A stretch of DNA of 64,000 nt. Origin: a virus. Positions 59,170 to 64,000 of the stretch are shown here, in pieces. Both the position numbers and the translations under genes were made by a program. Each line of letters opens with the position of its first letter. Positions within the stretch are counted from its first letter, which is position 1. The DNA lies in the IMG/VR virus record IMGVR_UViG_3300010883_028422, positions 32,001-96,000 of that record; one strand, given 5' to 3'. The notes beneath the pieces are model-generated. The model searched no databases, had not been told where the DNA came from, and saw nothing but the letters and a program-made list of their open reading frames with translations.

Positions 59170-59997
59170 ATGATTATAGCGCAGATGGGCAATGGGTTTG
59201 TTGGTAGTGCATTGCATAAGTCTTTTAAGTTAAATGGCATAACTACAATTATTTATGACAAGTTTCAAAAGATAGGATCGGCAAGCTCCGTTTTAGACTC
59301 TGAAATTCTATTCTTGTGCCTCCCCACTCCATTCATTAAAGACAAAGGCTTTGATCTTTCCGCTATAGAGGAGAATCTATTGTTTTTAAAAGAGAATAGG
59401 TATGGTGGACTTTGTGTGATTAAGTCTACAGTGGAGATCGGAACGACAAAAGCACTTGCAGAGAGGTATTCCTTGAATATTGCTCATAATCCAGAATTTT
59501 TAACAGAAAGAACGGCGTTTGAAGATTTTCATAACCAAGACCATATTGTTTTGGGAAAGTCATCAGATTCTGGGCTTTTTGATTCTTTAATTTTATTTTA
59601 TAAAGATCTTTACCCAAATTCTAGAATTTCTGTATGTTCATCCGATGAATCTGAGGCGATGAAGATTTTTAGAAATTGTTTTTATGCACAAAAAGTCATG
59701 ATATTTAACGAATTTTACTTTTTATGCAATAAGCTTGGAATGAATTATGATAGGGTTAGAGATTTGATGCTTTGTGATTGGCTTGGAGAGATGCATACCA
59801 TAGTGCCTGGTCCGGACGGAGGGGTTGGCTACTCTGGGCATTGCTTTCCAAAGGATACGGAGGCTTTGTTGCTTCAGATGAAGAATAATGACTCGGCACA
59901 TAAGGTTTTAGAGGCGGCTATAAATGAGCGAAATGAGATAAGGCCGGAGATGGTAAATATTATAGAGGAGTCAGCGGGGTTTGCAGATGGGGATTGA
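59170..59997 (+). CDS. ugd: UDP-glucose/GDP-mannose dehydrogenase family, short form
   Basis: GNGFVG Rossmann motif, FLCLPTP, IKSTV, HNPEFL and catalytic GYSGHCFPKD. Only about 275 aa. ATG 59170 is likelier than 59152. Confidence 0.8.
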   Translation: MIIAQMGNGFVGSALHKSFKLNGITTIIYDKFQKIGSASSVLDSEILFLCLPTPFIKDKGFDLSAIEENLLFLKENRYGGLCVIKSTVEIGTTKALAERYSLNIAHNPEFLTERTAFEDFHNQDHIVLGKSSDSGLFDSLILFYKDLYPNSRISVCSSDESEAMKIFRNCFYAQKVMIFNEFYFLCNKLGMNYDRVRDLMLCDWLGEMHTIVPGPDGGVGYSGHCFPKDTEALLLQMKNNDSAHKVLEAAINERNEIRPEMVNIIEESAGFADGD

Positions 59998-60928
59998 TGC
60001 AAAAACAATTTTAGTTACAGGTTCGGCCGGGTTTATAGGGGGCCACTTGACGGATGAGCTTTTAAGGCTTGGGTGTAGGGTTGTTGGTGTTGATAATATG
60101 AGGTCTGGACTTAGCAGCACGATGAACCTGCATATTTTAAATAAAAATTTTATACCAAGGCATATCGACATAAGAGATGAGTCTGTGGAGGGCATTTTTG
60201 AAGAATTTTCTCCAGATTTAGTCTTTCATTTGGCCGCAATACCCGGGGTTACGCCATCGGTTATTGATCCAATTTTGTCAAATGATGTAAATATAAATGG
60301 AACACTGAATATGTTATATCTGTCTCATAACTATAATGTAAAAAGATTTATTTTTTCATCATCATCATCTGTATATGGTGGTTCTGATATTTTGCCAACG
60401 CCAGAAGAGACTCCGCTAGATCCGAAGTCTCCATACGCATTACAAAAGAAGGTTGGTGAAGAGTATTGCAAGCTTTTTTCAGAGATTTATCAGCTTGATA
60501 CGGTTTGCTTGAGATACTTCAATGTTTTTGGCCCAAGGCAGAGGTCGGACTCTGCGTATGCTGCGGTTATTTCTGCATTTTGTAATAGTGTAAAAAACGA
60601 AAAAAATCCAGTAATATATGGCGATGGAGAGCAGTCTAGGGACTTTTGTTTTGTAGATAATGTTGTTTCTGCGAATATTTTGGCGGCGACTTCTGATTTT
60701 GAATTCTCCGGAGATGCATTCAATGTTGGTTGCGGAGGAAGCATCTCTGTAAACTCAATTTGCAGCTCATTAGAGACAAAAGAGCCTGTTTTTAAGGATA
60801 AGCGCCCAGGTGATGTCATGTGCTCTCAGGCAGATATAACAAAAGCTTGTAAAATGTTAAAGTATAAGCCCTTAGTTTCTTATGAAGAAGGACTAAAGGC
60901 TACATTGGATTGGCATCTAAACAGTTAA
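59981..60928 (+). CDS. NAD-dependent nucleotide-sugar epimerase/dehydratase (extended SDR, GalE/WbpP-like)
   Basis: VTGSAGFIG, FSSSSSVYG, SPYALQK (YxxxK), LRYFNVFGPRQ, RDFCFV. Confidence 0.92.
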   Translation: MQMGIDAKTILVTGSAGFIGGHLTDELLRLGCRVVGVDNMRSGLSSTMNLHILNKNFIPRHIDIRDESVEGIFEEFSPDLVFHLAAIPGVTPSVIDPILSNDVNINGTLNMLYLSHNYNVKRFIFSSSSSVYGGSDILPTPEETPLDPKSPYALQKKVGEEYCKLFSEIYQLDTVCLRYFNVFGPRQRSDSAYAAVISAFCNSVKNEKNPVIYGDGEQSRDFCFVDNVVSANILAATSDFEFSGDAFNVGCGGSISVNSICSSLETKEPVFKDKRPGDVMCSQADITKACKMLKYKPLVSYEEGLKATLDWHLNS

Positions 60929-60960
60929 TAATTATAATTAAATATAGAGGGCATTGTGAT

Positions 60961-62790
60961 ATGTGCGGTATATTTGGTTATATAGGTGGCGAAGATTCCC
61001 ATCAGAGGGTTAAGCTGGGCCTTGAGGGGCTTGCCTATAGGGGCTATGACTCGGCCGGAATAGTGTCGGTTGTAAATAATAAATTTGAAGAAAACAAGTG
61101 TGTTGGCCACCCAGAAGAGTTGTTGGATTTAGATATTGAATCTAACCTGTCAATAGGGCATAATAGATGGGCAACGCATGGCGCTCCAAGCGCCTTAAAT
61201 GCTCATCCGCACTTCTCAAATGACGGCAAGATAGCGCTTGTTCACAACGGAATAATAGAAAATTATTATGAGATAAGTGATTTTTTAGAAAAAAATAATT
61301 TTTCTTTTTATTCAGATACTGATACTGAGTTAATCCCCAACCTCATTCAATATTATATGGGTAATTTAAATATTGTTGATGCGACTATAGCCGCAATGAA
61401 TGATATCAGGGGGGCTTATGCGATGGCCTTTATCCACATAAACCACCCAGAGAAGATAATTATAGCGAGATTGGGCTCTCCGGTTTGTGTTGGCAGAGAC
61501 GCGTCTGGTGGCATATACGTATCTTCTGATGCAGGCGCTTTACCGCAGTCTGTAAAGGAGGTTATGGACATAGGTGACGGCAAGCTGGTGGTGGCGGACT
61601 CTTGCGGCAGCGTTGTAGTTAAAAATCTTGAAGGAAATACCTTAGAGCATAAATTTGAAGAGGCTGAGATAAAAGAAAAAAATTATACAATTGGTAGCTT
61701 TAATCATTTTTTAGAAAAAGAGATATTTGAGCAGCCTATTTATCTTAGAAACGCTATTAGCGGCAGGGTAAATATTGATAAAAAAATAATAAAGCTTAGC
61801 GGCATATCAGGCCATATTCAGAGTATATTAGATGCCGAAGAGATAATCTATACTGGATGTGGATCGGCATATTATGCTGCGTGTATTGGCGCACAGTCAA
61901 TGGAGAGTGTTGCGAGAAAGAGAGTTAGGGTTATGCCGGCAGGAGACCTGAAGTATTATAATCCAGTTATAAATGAAAAAACTGTTTTGATAGCGGTATC
62001 TCAATCTGGAGAGACGGCTGATACTATAGGCTGTATAAAGATGGCGAAAAATCATGGCGCAACTACATTGGGAGTTGTAAATGTTGTAAATTCAACTATA
62101 TCAAGAATGGTTGATTCTGGGATATATATTCGCGCAGGAGAAGAGGTTAGCGTTGCATCTACAAAATCTGTTATCAATCAGATGATGGCAATGATATCCT
62201 TGGCGGTGTTGGTTGGATCAAAAAGAGATTTATCAGAATTAGAATATGAGTCTTTGATATCAGAATTGCATTGTTTGCCAAATATGATTGACAAAGTTTT
62301 ATTAGAAAGCGGTATGATTGAAGAGATTGCAAAAAAATATGCAAATTATAGCAATATGCTGTGCATTGGCCGAGGAGCGTTAGAGCATATTGCAAAAGAA
62401 GCTGCTTTAAAGATAAAAGAGATAAGCTATATTCATGCAGAAGGATATTCTGCAGCAGAATTAAAGCACGGACCTCTTGCGCTCATTGATGAGAATATGC
62501 CGACACTAGCAATGGTTGCGAGCGGACCGATGGAGGGGAAGATGCTGAGCAATATAAGGGAGATTAAAAGCAGAGGTGGCGCGGTAATAGGGGTTGTCAG
62601 CTCTGATGTTTCAAAAGAAACCAGGAGGGTTTTAGACGAAATTATAGAGGTCCCTGCATGCTCAAACAAGCTCCTTGAGCCATTATTATTTTTGGTTCCA
62701 TGCCAGCTATTTTCTTATTTTCTAGCAAAAGAAAACGGACGCTGCATAGACCGTCCAAGAAACTTGGCAAAAAGTGTTACGGTTGAGTAA
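60961..62790 (+). CDS. glmS: Glutamine--fructose-6-phosphate aminotransferase
   Basis: True start MCGIFG (catalytic N-terminal Cys) at 60961. YRGYDSAG, GHNRWATHG, HNGIIEN, SQSGETAD, ELKHGPLAL, PRNLAKSVTVE. Confidence 0.97.
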   Translation: MCGIFGYIGGEDSHQRVKLGLEGLAYRGYDSAGIVSVVNNKFEENKCVGHPEELLDLDIESNLSIGHNRWATHGAPSALNAHPHFSNDGKIALVHNGIIENYYEISDFLEKNNFSFYSDTDTELIPNLIQYYMGNLNIVDATIAAMNDIRGAYAMAFIHINHPEKIIIARLGSPVCVGRDASGGIYVSSDAGALPQSVKEVMDIGDGKLVVADSCGSVVVKNLEGNTLEHKFEEAEIKEKNYTIGSFNHFLEKEIFEQPIYLRNAISGRVNIDKKIIKLSGISGHIQSILDAEEIIYTGCGSAYYAACIGAQSMESVARKRVRVMPAGDLKYYNPVINEKTVLIAVSQSGETADTIGCIKMAKNHGATTLGVVNVVNSTISRMVDSGIYIRAGEEVSVASTKSVINQMMAMISLAVLVGSKRDLSELEYESLISELHCLPNMIDKVLLESGMIEEIAKKYANYSNMLCIGRGALEHIAKEAALKIKEISYIHAEGYSAAELKHGPLALIDENMPTLAMVASGPMEGKMLSNIREIKSRGGAVIGVVSSDVSKETRRVLDEIIEVPACSNKLLEPLLFLVPCQLFSYFLAKENGRCIDRPRNLAKSVTVE

Positions 62791-62815
62791 AATACAAACT
62801 TAGTGGAGGCGTTAT

Positions 62816-63811
62816 ATGCTTACGGCAGTTATAACTGGAGTTGCAGGCCAAGATGGTAGTTATTTAGCAGAGTTATTGTTGGATAAAGGCTACAAGGTGG
62901 TTGGAATATCTAGGCGAAAAAGTGTTAATGATGGATTGCAGAATTTAGAACACAATGTGTTGGGTAATGATAATTTTACACTTTTGAATGGAGATATAAA
63001 GGATTCAACTTTTATATATAGGTGCGTTGAGGAATACAGGCCAGATGAGTGGTATAACTTAGCTGCACAATCTAATGTTGGACATTCTTTTAAAGAACCA
63101 GTTGAAACATTCGGAACTAACGCATTAGCTGTAGTTATTCAGCTTGAAGCCATAAGATCCCTGTCTCCATCGACAAAGTTTTATCAAGCATCTACCAGCG
63201 AGCTATGGGGAGGGCTCAGCTGCCCCAAAACAGGATATAGCGAGAGCATGAGGTTTTATCCAAGATCTCCATATGGCGTATCCAAGTTATCAGCGTATTG
63301 GTCAGTGGTCAATCATAGAGATGCGTATGGCTTGTTTGCATGTAGCGGTATACTCCATAATCACAGCAGCCCAAGGAGGGGTTTGGACTTCGCAACAAGA
63401 AAAATAACCAGAGGCGTTGCGGAGATTACTCTTGGGCTGAAGGATAAGATAAGAATGGGTGATTTGAGCGCATTTCGTGATGAGGGACATTCCAAGGACT
63501 ATGTTGAGGCTATGCATCTTATGTTGCAAAATGATAGCCCAAAGGATTATGTTATTTCCACGGGAACCGGAGCAACTATAGAGGATATGTTTAGGCATGT
63601 CGCATCTTTTGCAGGTTTAAAATTTGAAGACCTCTATGAGGTAGATGAAAGATTTATGAGGCCGTCTGAAGTGCCGTTTTTGCTTGGTAATTCATCGTTA
63701 GCAAAGAGCGAGCTTGGATGGAGTCCAAAATATACATGGAAAAACCTATTAGAAGAGATGTTCGAGAGTGATTTGTTGGTAATTTCAAATGAAAGATGGA
63801 AAAATAGTTAA
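62816..63811 (+). CDS. gmd: GDP-mannose 4,6-dehydratase
   Basis: ITGVAGQDGSYL, YNLAAQS, FYQASTSEL, PRSPYGVSK, FATRKIT, RPSEV. GGAGG RBS. Confidence 0.95.
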   Translation: MLTAVITGVAGQDGSYLAELLLDKGYKVVGISRRKSVNDGLQNLEHNVLGNDNFTLLNGDIKDSTFIYRCVEEYRPDEWYNLAAQSNVGHSFKEPVETFGTNALAVVIQLEAIRSLSPSTKFYQASTSELWGGLSCPKTGYSESMRFYPRSPYGVSKLSAYWSVVNHRDAYGLFACSGILHNHSSPRRGLDFATRKITRGVAEITLGLKDKIRMGDLSAFRDEGHSKDYVEAMHLMLQNDSPKDYVISTGTGATIEDMFRHVASFAGLKFEDLYEVDERFMRPSEVPFLLGNSSLAKSELGWSPKYTWKNLLEEMFESDLLVISNERWKNS

Positions 63812-64000
63812 AAAAATAGTAATAATAGCGTTTAATTTTGGATTTGCAGGAAGATATGTTAACGGTCCAGGGATATGTCTTTATAATTTATATAATATCC
63901 TAAAAAAACACACTTCTGTTGACGTTAAGATATTTACAAAAATGCATGCGCATGGGCAATTTAATTCAGACGATATATTTTCGATAGATGATAAAGAATA
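63789..64000 (+). CDS. Partial ORF, probably another GT-B glycosyltransferase (runs off the window)
   Basis: My translation: MKDGKIVKKIVIIAFNFGFAGRYVNGPGICLYNLYNILKK..., a strand followed by a GP/GG-helix typical of GT4 N-termini. Confidence 0.5.
   Translation, partial: MKDGKIVKKIVIIAFNFGFAGRYVNGPGICLYNLYNILKKHTSVDVKIFTKMHAHGQFNSDDIFSIDDKE

Noticed and set aside
60354-60370. (TCA)n microsatellite
   Set aside because: It encodes the conserved SSSS-VYG motif of extended SDR epimerases.
42912-60960. Longer starts given by the ORF track (42912, 49351, 54966, 59152, 60910)
   Set aside because: RBS position, stop/start overlaps or family N-termini (e.g. GlmS must begin Met-Cys) support 42933, 49387, 54993, 59170 and 60961.
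353-63598. The many 60-260 aa minus-strand and alternate-frame ORFs in the track
   Set aside because: All lie inside or largely overlap long + strand genes, show no recognisable motif, and read like antisense shadows.
1-64000. Stop-codon reassignment as seen in some huge phages
   Set aside because: Genes up to 9.9 kb are intact in the standard code, and TAG, TGA and TAA all end genes at sensible boundaries.
1-64000. tRNA, rRNA, integrase or transposase
   Set aside because: None recognised. Intergenic gaps are all under about 110 bp and show no cloverleaf-like pattern.

Overview
One co-directional (+ strand) gene run with two modules. (1) About 1-48.2 kb is a contractile-tail morphogenesis module, most likely from a jumbo/huge myophage; no capsid, portal or terminase gene is in the window, so a phage-derived injection system is not formally excluded. 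Gene order: beta-helix protein, putative tail terminator, 1089-aa sheath, tube, a tail-assembly-chaperone pair joined by a predicted -1 frameshift, a short tape measure ending in an S74-type autocleaving chaperone domain, then an oversized baseplate (1758-aa hub, 803-aa spike, 2486-aa protein with membrane-like helices, gp25-like, 1100-aa J-like, 3295-aa wedge/LamG protein with two (DGY)n arrays) and a 1773-aa fibre with a dockerin-like EF-hand pair and a Ser/Thr/Pro linker. (2) About 48.3-64 kb is a tightly coupled glycan-biosynthesis island: 7 complete GT-B glycosyltransferases plus 1 partial, 2 SAM methyltransferases, 2 sulfotransferase-like proteins, a short UDP-sugar dehydrogenase, an epimerase, GlmS and Gmd, with no flippase, polymerase or lipid-carrier transferase visible. 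The leading hypothesis is a virus-encoded cytoplasmic system that coats the virion with a methylated and possibly sulfated glycan. All functional calls are from motif recognition by eye; no database search was run.
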